From contig OZ251459.1 in the NCBI GenBank assembly GCA_965242525.1, positions 2,688,001-2,752,000 of the forward strand: DNA of 64,000 bases, read 5' to 3'. This stretch comes from an uncultured Candidatus Binatia bacterium. Lineage in GTDB: Bacteria > Desulfobacterota > Binatia > UBA9968 > JAJDTQ01. Position 1 is the first letter of the stretch. Each line of letters begins with the position of its first letter. The position numbers and the translations under genes were made by a program. Below the pieces are notes generated by a model. That model had not been told where the DNA came from. It did not search any database and worked only from the letters and a program-made list of their open reading frames with translations. Shown here in pieces: positions 38,780 to 48,092 of the stretch.

Positions 38780-38851
38780 GGCCGTGGGCCGGCCGGGAGG
38801 GCGCGCCGCGGGAGGCCCGGGGACAAGACGCGGCGCGGAGGACGTTCGGGC

Positions 38852-41221
38852 ATGAAGCACAAAGGGTTCTCGGTCATCGGCAAGCCGTTGCCGCGCATCG
38901 ACGGGCCGGCCAAGTGCGCCGGGACCACCCGTTACGCCGACGACGTGGTGTTGCCGCGCATGCTGTTCGCCAGGCTGTTGCGCAGCCCGCATCCCCACGC
39001 CCGGGTCCACGGCGTGCTCACCGGGCGCGCCCTGGAACTGCCGGGCGTCCTGGCGGTCATCACCGGCGAGGACGTCCCGAGGAAGTTCGGCATCATGCCT
39101 TCCACCCAGGACGAGGAGGCGCTGGCGGTGGACAAGGTCCGCTACGTGGGGGACCCGGTGGCCGCGGTGGCCGCGGTCAGCGAAGACGCCGCGGAGGCGG
39201 CGTTGCGCCTCATCGACGTCGAATACGAGGTGCTCGACCCCATACTCTCCATCGAGGGCGCCTTGGAGGCCGAGGACTGCCGCATCCATAGCTGGAACCG
39301 CCGCGCCAACGTCCAGAAGGCCGTCTCCTTCGAGTTCGGCGAAGTGGAAGCGGGCTTCGACGAGGCGGACGAGGTCTTCGAGGGGACGTACTTCTTCCAG
39401 GGCAACACCCACCTGCCCATGGAGCAGTACTGCGCCCTGGCGGACTACGCCCCGGACGGCAAGCTCACCCTGTGGTCCTCGACCCAGACGCCCCACTACG
39501 TGCACCGGGCCCTCGCCAGGGTGCTGGACCTGCCCATGGGGCGCATCCGGGTCATCGCCACGCCGGTGGGCGGCGGGTTCGGGGGCAAGAGCGACCCGTT
39601 CTCCCACGAGATCGCCGCGGCCAAGCTCTCCATGGTGACGGGCCGGCCAGTGAAGATCACCCTCAACCGGGAGGAGTCGTTCTACGTGCACCGGGGGCGC
39701 CACCCGGTGAAGATGTGGCTGCGCACGGCGGTCGAGCGCGACGGCTCGCTCAAGGCCATGTGGTTCCGGTCGTTCCTCGACGGCGGCGGCTACAGCAGCT
39801 ACGGCTTGGCCACGGTCTATTACACCGGCGCGTTGCAGACGGTGACCTACGACTTGCCGGCCTACAAGTTCGAGGGCGTGCGGGTGTTCACCAACAAGCC
39901 CCCCTGCGGCCCCAAGCGCGGACACGGCACGCCCCAGCCCCGGTTCGCGGTGGAAGTGCAACTGGACGAGATCGCCGAGAAGTTGGGGCTGGACCCGGTG
40001 GAGATGCGCCTCCGGCAGGTGGTGAAGCCCGACACGGTGACCGTCAACGGGCTGCGGGTGAGCACCATCGGGCTGCGGGAATGCATCGAGAAGGTGGCCG
40101 AGAGCTCCGGCTGGAAGGAGAAGCACCGTTCGCTGCCCTGGGGCCGCGGCGTCGGCTTTGCCGCGAGCTCCTACATCAGCGGCGCGGGGCTGCCCATCTA
40201 CTGGAACGACATGCCCCATTCCGGGGTCCAGCTACGCGCGGACCGGGGCGGCGGCGTGACCGTCTTCTGCGGCTCCACCGACATCGGCCAGGGCTCGGAT
40301 TCGATCCTGGCCTTTGCCGTGGCCGAGGAGCTCGGGCTCATGCCCGAGGACGTGCGGGTGGTGACCGCGGACACGGACCTCACGCCGGTGGACCTGGGAA
40401 GCTACTCGAGCCGGGTGACGGTGATGACCGGGAACGCCGCCATCGAAGCGTGCGGCAAGCTCAGGGAGCGCCTGTTCCAGGTGGCCGCGGAGCTGCTGGA
40501 CGCGCCCGCGGACGACCTGGAGATGGAGGACGGCCGGGTGCGTTGCCGCAGCCTGCCGGACCGGGGCGTGGGCTTTGCGGAGTGCGTGGAGCGGGCGGAG
40601 AGCCGCTTCGGCACGCTGGGGGCCACCGGCAGCTATCGGCCGCCCCGCCATCCGGGGGACTACAAGGGCGCCGGGGTGGGTCCCACCCCCGCCTACAGCT
40701 ATTCCGCCGCGGTGGTGGAGCTCCACTGCGACGGCGACACCGGCGAGATCCGCATCGACAAAGTGTGGATCGCCCACGATTGCGGCCGGGCCTTCAACCC
40801 CCTCTGGGTCCAGGGGCAGGTGGAGGGAAGCGTTTACATGGCCCTCGGCGAGGCGTTGATGGAAGAGCAGGTCTTCCGCAAGTCGGGGCTGCACAAGATA
40901 CCCTCCATACTGGAGTACAAGAGCCCGACTACGCTGGAGACGCCGCCCATCGAGACCATACTGGTGGAGACCGACGACCCCGAAGGACCCTTCGGCGCCA
41001 AGGAGGCCGGCCAGGGGCCGTTGCTGCCGGTGATCCCCGCGGTGTCCAACGCGGTGTACGACGCGGTGGGCGTCCGGGTGCGCGAGATACCGGTGACCCC
41101 GGACAAGGTCCTGCGGGCCATGGACCAACGGCTCAAGCCGCCGACCGTGCCGGAGTTCGAGTTTCCCGCCCCCATCCGTTGGGCTCCCGGCCAGGGGGTG
41201 GAGGTCCCGCAGAAGAGCTGA
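38852..41221 (+). CDS. Molybdopterin-binding large subunit (4-hydroxybenzoyl-CoA reductase alpha-like)
   Basis: RSPHPHA, GGGFGGK, RGHGTPQ, DIGQG, GSYSSR, GQVEG, GPFGAKEAGQG. Confidence 0.88.
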   Translation: MKHKGFSVIGKPLPRIDGPAKCAGTTRYADDVVLPRMLFARLLRSPHPHARVHGVLTGRALELPGVLAVITGEDVPRKFGIMPSTQDEEALAVDKVRYVGDPVAAVAAVSEDAAEAALRLIDVEYEVLDPILSIEGALEAEDCRIHSWNRRANVQKAVSFEFGEVEAGFDEADEVFEGTYFFQGNTHLPMEQYCALADYAPDGKLTLWSSTQTPHYVHRALARVLDLPMGRIRVIATPVGGGFGGKSDPFSHEIAAAKLSMVTGRPVKITLNREESFYVHRGRHPVKMWLRTAVERDGSLKAMWFRSFLDGGGYSSYGLATVYYTGALQTVTYDLPAYKFEGVRVFTNKPPCGPKRGHGTPQPRFAVEVQLDEIAEKLGLDPVEMRLRQVVKPDTVTVNGLRVSTIGLRECIEKVAESSGWKEKHRSLPWGRGVGFAASSYISGAGLPIYWNDMPHSGVQLRADRGGGVTVFCGSTDIGQGSDSILAFAVAEELGLMPEDVRVVTADTDLTPVDLGSYSSRVTVMTGNAAIEACGKLRERLFQVAAELLDAPADDLEMEDGRVRCRSLPDRGVGFAECVERAESRFGTLGATGSYRPPRHPGDYKGAGVGPTPAYSYSAAVVELHCDGDTGEIRIDKVWIAHDCGRAFNPLWVQGQVEGSVYMALGEALMEEQVFRKSGLHKIPSILEYKSPTTLETPPIETILVETDDPEGPFGAKEAGQGPLLPVIPAVSNAVYDAVGVRVREIPVTPDKVLRAMDQRLKPPTVPEFEFPAPIRWAPGQGVEVPQKS

Positions 41222-41225
41222 GGCC

Positions 41226-42245
41226 ATGCTGCGACTCCCGGATTTCACCTATGTGAGGCCCCGGACCCTGGCGGAGGCGTCGCGGGCGCTGCGGGATCTC
41301 GGTCCGGAGGCCATGGCCGTGGCCGGCGGCACGGACGTCTATCCCAAGATGAAGCGGGGGCAGTTCACCCCCCGCTACCTGGTGTCGCTGGGCCGCATCG
41401 AAGAGCACCGGGGCATCCGCCGGGAGGAAGGCCGCGGGCTGTGGATCGGCGCCGGGGAGAGCCTGAGCGCGGTGGCCGGGCACGACACGGTGCGGGGGGC
41501 CTTTCCCGCGCTCGCGGCCGCGGCCGGGCTGGTCTCCACGCTCCAGCTTCGGAACGCGGGGACCATCGGCGGCAACCTGTTCGTGGACACCCGCTGCAAC
41601 TACTACGACCAGTCGTTCTTCTGGCGGCAGGCGGTGGGCTTCTGCCTCAAGAAGGACGGAGACATCTGCCTGGTGGCGCCCGGGAGCCGGGTCTGTCTCG
41701 CCATCTCCTCGTCGGACACCGCGCCGGTGCTGAGCAGCCTGGACGCGGAAGCCGTGCTCGTGGGCGCCGAAGGGAGCCGGCGGGCGCCGGTGGACCGCCT
41801 GTACCGGGACGACGGCATGCATTACCTGGCCAAACGGCCCGACGAGCTGCTCCGGGGCGTGTGGATACCGGAAGCGTCCTTCGGCTGGCGCAACGTCTAT
41901 CTCAAGCTGCGGCGGCGGGGCGCCTTCGACTTCCCGGTCCTGGGCGTGGCCGCGGCCCTGCGCATGGCGGCGTCGGGGGTGTGCGAGGCGGCCAGGGTGG
42001 TCCTGACCGCGGTGGCCTCGGCGCCCAAGGCGGTGGAGGACGTTCCCGGGGTGCTGTGCGGCAAGCCGGTGGAGTCCGGCTCCATCGAGGCGGCCGCGGA
42101 CTTGGCCATGCGCGTGTCCCATCCGCTGGACAACGCGGACATGGACTACTGGTACCGCAAGCGCATGACCCGGGTGTACGTGGCCCGGGCCCTGCGCCAA
42201 CTGGCGGACGCAGGGGAGGACCGCTCGCATGTCCCGGTGGCGTGA
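41226..42245 (+). CDS. FAD-binding subunit with [4Fe-4S] insert (HcrB-like)
   Basis: AGGTD, RNAGTIGGN followed by four-Cys insert RCNYY...CLK...C...C. Confidence 0.88.
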   Translation: MLRLPDFTYVRPRTLAEASRALRDLGPEAMAVAGGTDVYPKMKRGQFTPRYLVSLGRIEEHRGIRREEGRGLWIGAGESLSAVAGHDTVRGAFPALAAAAGLVSTLQLRNAGTIGGNLFVDTRCNYYDQSFFWRQAVGFCLKKDGDICLVAPGSRVCLAISSSDTAPVLSSLDAEAVLVGAEGSRRAPVDRLYRDDGMHYLAKRPDELLRGVWIPEASFGWRNVYLKLRRRGAFDFPVLGVAAALRMAASGVCEAARVVLTAVASAPKAVEDVPGVLCGKPVESGSIEAAADLAMRVSHPLDNADMDYWYRKRMTRVYVARALRQLADAGEDRSHVPVA

Positions 42246-43728
42246 GTGGTTGAGGTGGAAAGGGGCGGCCGCGCCGTCCGAACTGGAAGCGAGGCTGGAG
42301 AGCCTGGAGGCCCACTTGCGGACGGAGAACCCCGTCCTGCTGGACGCGGTCCGGAGCTTCCGCAAGCTGGACGTGGTCTCGCGCCGCCTGGGGTTCCTCG
42401 GACCGGAGGAGTCCCACGCCACGCGCATTCCCTGGTGGCCGCTGGTGGCGGTCCTGGGGACCTATTCGTCGGGCAAATCCACCTTCGTCAACGACTTCCT
42501 GCAGCAGCCGGTGCAGTCCACCGGGAACCAGGCCGTGGACGACCGCTTCACGGTGTTGTGCTTCGGCAAGGAAGAGGGCGTCCGGGTGCTGCCGGGGGTG
42601 GCCCTCGACGCCGACCCGCGCTTCCCGTTCTACAAGATGAGCCGGGCCATCGAAGAGATCAGCGCGGGGGAGGGAAGCCGCATCGACGCCTACCTCCAGC
42701 TCAAGACCTGCCCCGGCGAGGTCCTTCGGGGCAAGATCTTCATCGACTCGCCCGGTTTCGACGCGGACCAGCAGCGGACCGAGACCCTGCGGGTGACGGC
42801 CCGCATCATGGACCTGTCGGACCTGGTGCTGGTGTTCTTCGACGCCAGGCATCCCGAGCCCGGCACCATGAAGGACACCCTGCAGCACCTGGTGGAGGAG
42901 ACCATCCACCGGACCGATTCGAGCAAGTTCCTCTACGTGTTGAACCAGATGGACCACACGGCCCGGGAGAACAACCCGGAAGACGTGGTGGGCTCGTGGC
43001 AGCGCGCGCTGGCCCAGAAGGGGCTCACCGCGGGGCGCTTCTACGCCATATACAGTCCCGGGGCCGCGGTCCCCATCGAGGACCCGGGCCTGCGCGCCCG
43101 TTTCGAGCAGAAGCGCGACCTCGACCTGGCGGAGATCCACCAGCGCATCCGGCAGGTGGAAGTGGATCGGGCCTACCGCGTCATGGGAGTGCTCGAGCAC
43201 CGCGCGCGCGACGTGGAGCTCCGGCTGGCCCCGCGCCTGGATGAGATGTTGACGGAATGGCGCCGCCGGGTCCGGCGGCTGGACGGGGTCGTCTTCGCCG
43301 TGCTCCTTGCCGCGTTCCTGGCCTGGACCTTCCGCACCGGGGAGTGGGGCCTCCTGCTGCCCACGCATCCGTTCTGGTCCACGTTCTGGGGCTGCGCCGC
43401 CCTGGCCGCGGTCTTCCTGGCCGCGGGCTATACCCATCACTCCGTGTGCCGGCTCGCGGCCCGGCGCATGCGGAAGCGGCTTCGCCGGGAGTCGGAAGAC
43501 CCGCGCGACGCCGAGGCGATGGACGCCCTCGCAGGCGGTTTCCGGAAGAACGCGCGGATATGGCGCTCGGTGTTCGCGCTCGGGCCGTCCGGCTGGAACC
43601 GGAGCACCCGGCAGCAACTCTCCCAGATCATCACCGAGGCCAACGGTTACGTGCAGGCGCTCAACGACCGGTTCGCCGACCCCGGCGGGTCCGCGGACCC
43701 GCCGTCCTCCGCGGAGCCCCCGGCATGA
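42229..43728 (+). CDS. Dynamin-superfamily (EHD-like) NTPase with two C-terminal TM helices
   Basis: P-loop GTYSSGKST, DDRFTV, IDSPG, LNQMD; hydrophobic hairpin near the C-terminus. Confidence 0.8.
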   Translation: MSRWREWLRWKGAAAPSELEARLESLEAHLRTENPVLLDAVRSFRKLDVVSRRLGFLGPEESHATRIPWWPLVAVLGTYSSGKSTFVNDFLQQPVQSTGNQAVDDRFTVLCFGKEEGVRVLPGVALDADPRFPFYKMSRAIEEISAGEGSRIDAYLQLKTCPGEVLRGKIFIDSPGFDADQQRTETLRVTARIMDLSDLVLVFFDARHPEPGTMKDTLQHLVEETIHRTDSSKFLYVLNQMDHTARENNPEDVVGSWQRALAQKGLTAGRFYAIYSPGAAVPIEDPGLRARFEQKRDLDLAEIHQRIRQVEVDRAYRVMGVLEHRARDVELRLAPRLDEMLTEWRRRVRRLDGVVFAVLLAAFLAWTFRTGEWGLLLPTHPFWSTFWGCAALAAVFLAAGYTHHSVCRLAARRMRKRLRRESEDPRDAEAMDALAGGFRKNARIWRSVFALGPSGWNRSTRQQLSQIITEANGYVQALNDRFADPGGSADPPSSAEPPA

Positions 43729-43774
43729 CGCGGCTCCCCGGACCCGCGCCCTGCCGGAGGTTCCGCGGCGCAGG

Positions 43775-44461
43775 CTACCGGGCCTCTTCCGGGGCCGCGG
43801 CCGGCGAGGGTTGCCCGGGCGCAGCCGGCGGACCGAACGACCTGCCGACGATGCCCGACGAGACGATGAACTTGAAGGCTTCCTCCACGTTGTAGTCGGT
43901 GTCGATGACGTCGGTTTCCGGCACCTGGACGAGGAAGCCGGAGGTCGGGTTCGGCGTGGTGGGCACGAAGACCGACAACAGCGCGCCGGAGGAGGACAGG
44001 TCGAAAGGGTCGGGTCGCCGGGTCGCCACGAAGCCCATCATCCAGACGCCCTGTTTGGGATATTCCAGCAGCACCACCCGCTGGAAGCTGCGGTTGGGGC
44101 CGTGGAGGGTCTCGACCATCTGCTTCACCGCGCCGTAGATGCTGCTCACCAACGGCAGGCTCATGACCAGTTGGTTGAGGGCCGCCAGGATGCGTCGGCC
44201 GATGACGTTGGCGCCGAACAGCCCCATGAAGAAGATCAGCATCAGGGCCAGGAGCAGGTTGATGAACGGGACCAGCGGCGTGAGCCAGCGCAGGTCGTCC
44301 AGGTCGAAGAAGGACAGGACGCCCAGGAGGATCGGCGCGCCCGCGTTGTTGAGCAGGTTGAACAGGAACGCGATGAGGATATAGGTGACGAACAGCGGGA
44401 TCAGGATCAGGAACCCCGTGATCATCGTGTTGCGCAGGAAATGCGGCTTCTTGGCTTGCAT
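43775..44461 (-). CDS. DUF502 family membrane protein
   Basis: LPLVSSIYGAVKQ, VVLLEYP, VFVPTTPNPTSGF, FKFIVSSG. Confidence 0.9.
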   Translation of the reverse strand: MQAKKPHFLRNTMITGFLILIPLFVTYILIAFLFNLLNNAGAPILLGVLSFFDLDDLRWLTPLVPFINLLLALMLIFFMGLFGANVIGRRILAALNQLVMSLPLVSSIYGAVKQMVETLHGPNRSFQRVVLLEYPKQGVWMMGFVATRRPDPFDLSSSGALLSVFVPTTPNPTSGFLVQVPETDVIDTDYNVEEAFKFIVSSGIVGRSFGPPAAPGQPSPAAAPEEAR

Positions 44462-44569
44462 GGCGATGGACTCTCGGCGGGAACGACGACCCGGCGGCTC
44501 GGCAACCGGGAAACCATACTCGAACCGGCCGCCGGTGGCAAGCGGGAGCAGGTGGGAACTTGCATATGC

Positions 44570-44635
44570 CGAGCAACGCCCGGAAGTCTGCGGCGGGTGA
44601 CCGCCCCGGGCGCGGCTTGAGGCAGTCGGGACGCC
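44570..44635 (+). repeat. About 66-bp direct repeat, copy 1 (matches 46001-46066)
   Basis: CGAGCAACGCCCGGAAGTCTGCG.CGGGTGACCGCCC..GGCGCGGCT.GAGGCAG.CGGGACGCC. Confidence 0.85.
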
Positions 44636-44663
44636 GTGGTATCTTCGTCGCTTTCTCGACGAG

Positions 44664-44705
44664 GCGCGTCCTTCGACTTCGCTTCGCTACGCTCAGGACG
44701 GACGG
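44664..44705 (+). repeat. REP core copy H
   Basis: GCGCGTCCTTCGACTTCGCTTCGCTACGCTCAGGACGGACGG. Confidence 0.75.
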
Positions 44706-44768
44706 AGATGGTCGTCCGGCCCTGACCCTTCCCGGAACTTCACCGGGCGCCCCGGGAGACCCCGCGCG

Positions 44769-46031
44769 ATGGATTACGTTGGTTATCCTCCCCCCAGTGG
44801 CCGGTTCCGCGGTGCGCTGCGGCGCATCGGCTGGAATGCGCTCCTCATGGTCGCGGGCGTCGCGCTGGTGGCGTTGGCCGGAGAAGCCTGGTTCCGCCTG
44901 ACCGTGCCGTTCATGAAATCGAGCCGACCCCTGGAACACGTCCCGAACGTCGGCTCCCTCAGGCCGCCGAACACGGAGATACGCCATACCAACGGACTCG
45001 ACTACTGGAACGCCTCCCGCACCAACAGCCTGGGCTTCCTCGACCGGGAACCCCCGAACCCCGAACGCGCCGCAGCAACCTGCCACGTCTCCATCATCGG
45101 CGACTCCTTCGTGGAGGCGATGGAGGTCCCCATCGATCGAAAGCTCCAGGTTCGCCTCGAAGAACTCGCCGCCAGCCGGTTGCCCCATCTGGACGTCACG
45201 ACCTCGGCCTTCGGGTTGAGACATTCCGGCCAAGTCCAGCAACTGCCGTTCTACGACGAATATGCCCGGCGCCTCCGTCCCAAACTGCTCGTGCTGGTCT
45301 TCGTCGACAATGATTTCCTCGACAACACGCCGGTTCTGCGGGAACTGAACTCGGGAAGATGGGGCCGCGGAAGAGGGGAACATCGTTTGGAGCCCATCGT
45401 GAGAAAGCGCTCGGACGGGGAGTTGGAACTGGGATGGTCCTCCCCCCAGGACCAGCTTCCGCCGAGTTCCTGGCCCCCGCCACCGTGGACCGCCCGCGCC
45501 ATGAGGAAGATGACGGACCATTCGTGGCTTGCCATCTGGTTGTACGTCAAGAAGGGAGTCCTGTTTCCTGCTGACCGGGGGCAATGGTTCACCATGACCG
45601 TGGAGGCGCTGAGGCGGCAGCCCGGCTATGCCGCACTGCTCGAAGGATGGCAGCCCACCACTCGGGGCGCCGTGCGTCGAATGTTCACTCGAAAAGACAT
45701 CCCTCCCTTTTTCGAGGATGCCCTGCAATACACCCGCTTCGCGCTGGAGCAGTTCCAGCAGCGCGCCGACCGGGACGGCGCCACGCTGGTCATCCTGGCG
45801 ACACACGGATTGAAGCTCCACGGAACCCACGCGTTCGAACGGATGAGCAAAATGGCCGCAACCTTGGGCATTCCCGTCATCGACCATGCCGACTACATCC
45901 TCCGTCAAGGCGCCGAGCTCGCGGACGCCCGATGGCCCCACGACGCCCACTGGAGCCCCGCCGGCCACCAATGGGCCGCAGAGGCCCTGTTCGAGTACAT
46001 CGAGCAACGCCCGGAAGTCTGCGACGGGTGA
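44769..46031 (+). CDS. Membrane-anchored SGNH/GDSL hydrolase-like protein
   Basis: N-terminal TM helix, IIGDSFVE (block I), FVDND (block III), DAHWSPAGH (block V). Confidence 0.8.
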   Translation: MDYVGYPPPSGRFRGALRRIGWNALLMVAGVALVALAGEAWFRLTVPFMKSSRPLEHVPNVGSLRPPNTEIRHTNGLDYWNASRTNSLGFLDREPPNPERAAATCHVSIIGDSFVEAMEVPIDRKLQVRLEELAASRLPHLDVTTSAFGLRHSGQVQQLPFYDEYARRLRPKLLVLVFVDNDFLDNTPVLRELNSGRWGRGRGEHRLEPIVRKRSDGELELGWSSPQDQLPPSSWPPPPWTARAMRKMTDHSWLAIWLYVKKGVLFPADRGQWFTMTVEALRRQPGYAALLEGWQPTTRGAVRRMFTRKDIPPFFEDALQYTRFALEQFQQRADRDGATLVILATHGLKLHGTHAFERMSKMAATLGIPVIDHADYILRQGAELADARWPHDAHWSPAGHQWAAEALFEYIEQRPEVCDG

Positions 46032-46066
46032 CCGCCCTCGGCGCGGCTCGAGGCAGGCGGGACGCC
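46001..46066 (+). repeat. About 66-bp direct repeat, copy 2
   Basis: Spans the last codons and stop of the SGNH gene; near-identical to 44570-44635. Confidence 0.85.
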
Positions 46067-46109
46067 TTCGGTATGGGAAAGATCGCTTGTCCACGCCGCC
46101 GCCATCCTG

Positions 46110-46139
46110 TTGACATTTTCGTCTAACTTGTCGTATGAT
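46110..46139 (+). promoter_or_regulatory. Putative sigma70 promoter
   Basis: TTGACA-18 bp-TATGAT upstream of the GT4 gene. Confidence 0.55.
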
Positions 46140-46182
46140 CTGAACAATTCGTGCCTATTTTCACGGCATTGGAGGACCAGGC

Positions 46183-47640
46183 TTGACTTTCCTGAACGAC
46201 GCGCCGGATATACCGCAATTTTCCCCGCCCCCGCCCGAAACCGTCAACGGCAACGGCCGGAACGGGACTTCTCCCGGCCTGGAAGAACATCGGCCGGAAG
46301 CGTCCTTCGACCTCGCCGACTACGAGGAGGTCATCGGCAGGCCGCGGATGGAAGAGCTCCGGCGGCTGGCGGAGCCGTTGACGGACTACGGATGGGTGAA
46401 CGTGAACTCCACCGCGGTGGGCGGAGGGGTGGCCGAGATGCTTCGCAGCGCCGTTCCCCTGGCCCGGTTGCTGGGGGTCGATGCCCGGTGGTGCACCATT
46501 CGCGGCAACCGCGAGTTCTTCCAGGTCACCAAGAAGTTCCACAACCTGCTCCAGGGAGCGGGGGAGCCCATTTCCCTGGAAGAGATCTTCGGCGCCTACC
46601 TGGACACCATCGACGAGAACGCCCGCAACACGTTCATCGCTTCCGACCTCACCGTGGTCCACGACCCGCAGCCCGCGGCCATGATCATGAACGCGCCGAT
46701 CTTCGGCAACGTGGTCTGGCGCTGCCACATCGACACGTCGGCGCCGGACAAGACCGTCTGGCGGTTCCTCCTGCCTTACGTCAACCACTGCGACGGCGCG
46801 ATCTTCACCATGCGCGAGTTCGTGGGCCCGGGGCTCAAGGTCCCGGTCTATGAGGTCATGCCCTGCATCGACCCCCTGGCGGAGAAGAACCGGCGCTACA
46901 CCCGGACCCAGGCCCTGGACGTCCTGCAGCCGCTGTTCGAGGCCCACCAGGTGGACCCCGGGCGGCCCATACTCGCGGCGGTCTCCCGCTACGACCGTCA
47001 CAAGAACCAGGGCGCCATCCTGAAGGCGTTCCAGCGCCTGGGCCGGGAGCGGCGGCGCGACCCGAGGCCGTACCTCGTCTTCATCGGGAACACCGCGTCG
47101 GACGACCCGGAAGGGGACGACGTCCTGAACGAACTGAAGCAACAGGGGGGCGACCACCCGGACGTTCGCTTCTGGGTCAACGTCGAGGACAACGACCGGG
47201 TGGTGGGCGCGCTGATGAGCGTCGCCCACGGCTTCGTCCACGTCTCGACCCGGGAGGGTTTCGGCCTGGTGGTGGCCGAAGCCCTCTGGCAGGGCGCGCC
47301 GGTCATCGGGTCCCGGGTGGGCGGCATCAAGCGGCAGGTCATCGACGGGGTGACGGGCCATCTCGTGGACCCGCTGGACACCGACGCCATCGCCTCCCGC
47401 ATGGCCGCGGTCCTGGACGACGTGGAAGGAGCGGCCGCCCTCGGTCGCCGGGGACGGGAGCACGTCCGCCAGCACTTCCTGCTGCCGGAATTGGTCAAGC
47501 GCTACCTGGTCCTCATGAGGTACCACTCCCGCATCAGCGAGGAGTTGCCTCCGTTCCGGTACGACGACCTGACCCACAGCGACATCGTGAGCGCGTTCCG
47601 CCGCCCCCATCCGCAGTTGCCCGACTGGAGGAACCCGTGA
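46183..47640 (+). CDS. GT4 glycosyltransferase, TreT-like trehalose synthase
   Basis: NSTAVGGGVAEML, HDPQP, WRCHID, SRYD..K, STREGFGLVVAEALW. Confidence 0.85.
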   Translation: MTFLNDAPDIPQFSPPPPETVNGNGRNGTSPGLEEHRPEASFDLADYEEVIGRPRMEELRRLAEPLTDYGWVNVNSTAVGGGVAEMLRSAVPLARLLGVDARWCTIRGNREFFQVTKKFHNLLQGAGEPISLEEIFGAYLDTIDENARNTFIASDLTVVHDPQPAAMIMNAPIFGNVVWRCHIDTSAPDKTVWRFLLPYVNHCDGAIFTMREFVGPGLKVPVYEVMPCIDPLAEKNRRYTRTQALDVLQPLFEAHQVDPGRPILAAVSRYDRHKNQGAILKAFQRLGRERRRDPRPYLVFIGNTASDDPEGDDVLNELKQQGGDHPDVRFWVNVEDNDRVVGALMSVAHGFVHVSTREGFGLVVAEALWQGAPVIGSRVGGIKRQVIDGVTGHLVDPLDTDAIASRMAAVLDDVEGAAALGRRGREHVRQHFLLPELVKRYLVLMRYHSRISEELPPFRYDDLTHSDIVSAFRRPHPQLPDWRNP

Positions 47641-47739
47641 CGTTTTCGTCGTTTTCCGTTTACAATCGCGTTGCGATTTCGTAAGTTACGTGGGAACTGA
47701 AACGGCGCCCCGTTCCAGGGAGCGCAGGGAGGGAAATGC

Positions 47740-48048
47740 ATGGCAGCAGCAGCGAAGATGACGCAGGCAAGGATCGTGGCCGACTTGGCGGCAAAGTGCG
47801 ACCTCGACAAGCGTACCGCGAAAGAGTTTCTGGACAACCTGGCGGCTTTGGCCGTCAAGGAGACGAAGAAGAACGGGGTCTTCATCGTGCCGGGTATCGG
47901 GCGGCTCGTGAAGACCAACCGGAAGGCTCGCATGGGGCGCAATCCGGCTACGGGCGAATCCATCAAGATACCCGCGAAGAGGGTCATCAAGTTCCGGATC
48001 GCCAAGGCCTGCCAGGAAGCCATCGTCCCGCCGAAGAAACCCAAGTAG
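47740..48048 (+). CDS. HU family DNA-binding protein
   Basis: PGIG, RKARMGRNPATGESIKIPA, KFR.AK. Confidence 0.93.
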   Translation: MAAAAKMTQARIVADLAAKCDLDKRTAKEFLDNLAALAVKETKKNGVFIVPGIGRLVKTNRKARMGRNPATGESIKIPAKRVIKFRIAKACQEAIVPPKKPK

Positions 48049-48092
48049 GCGTCGTCCGGGCGTTCTTCCCCGTGGCGGAAGCGCGCGAGGAG

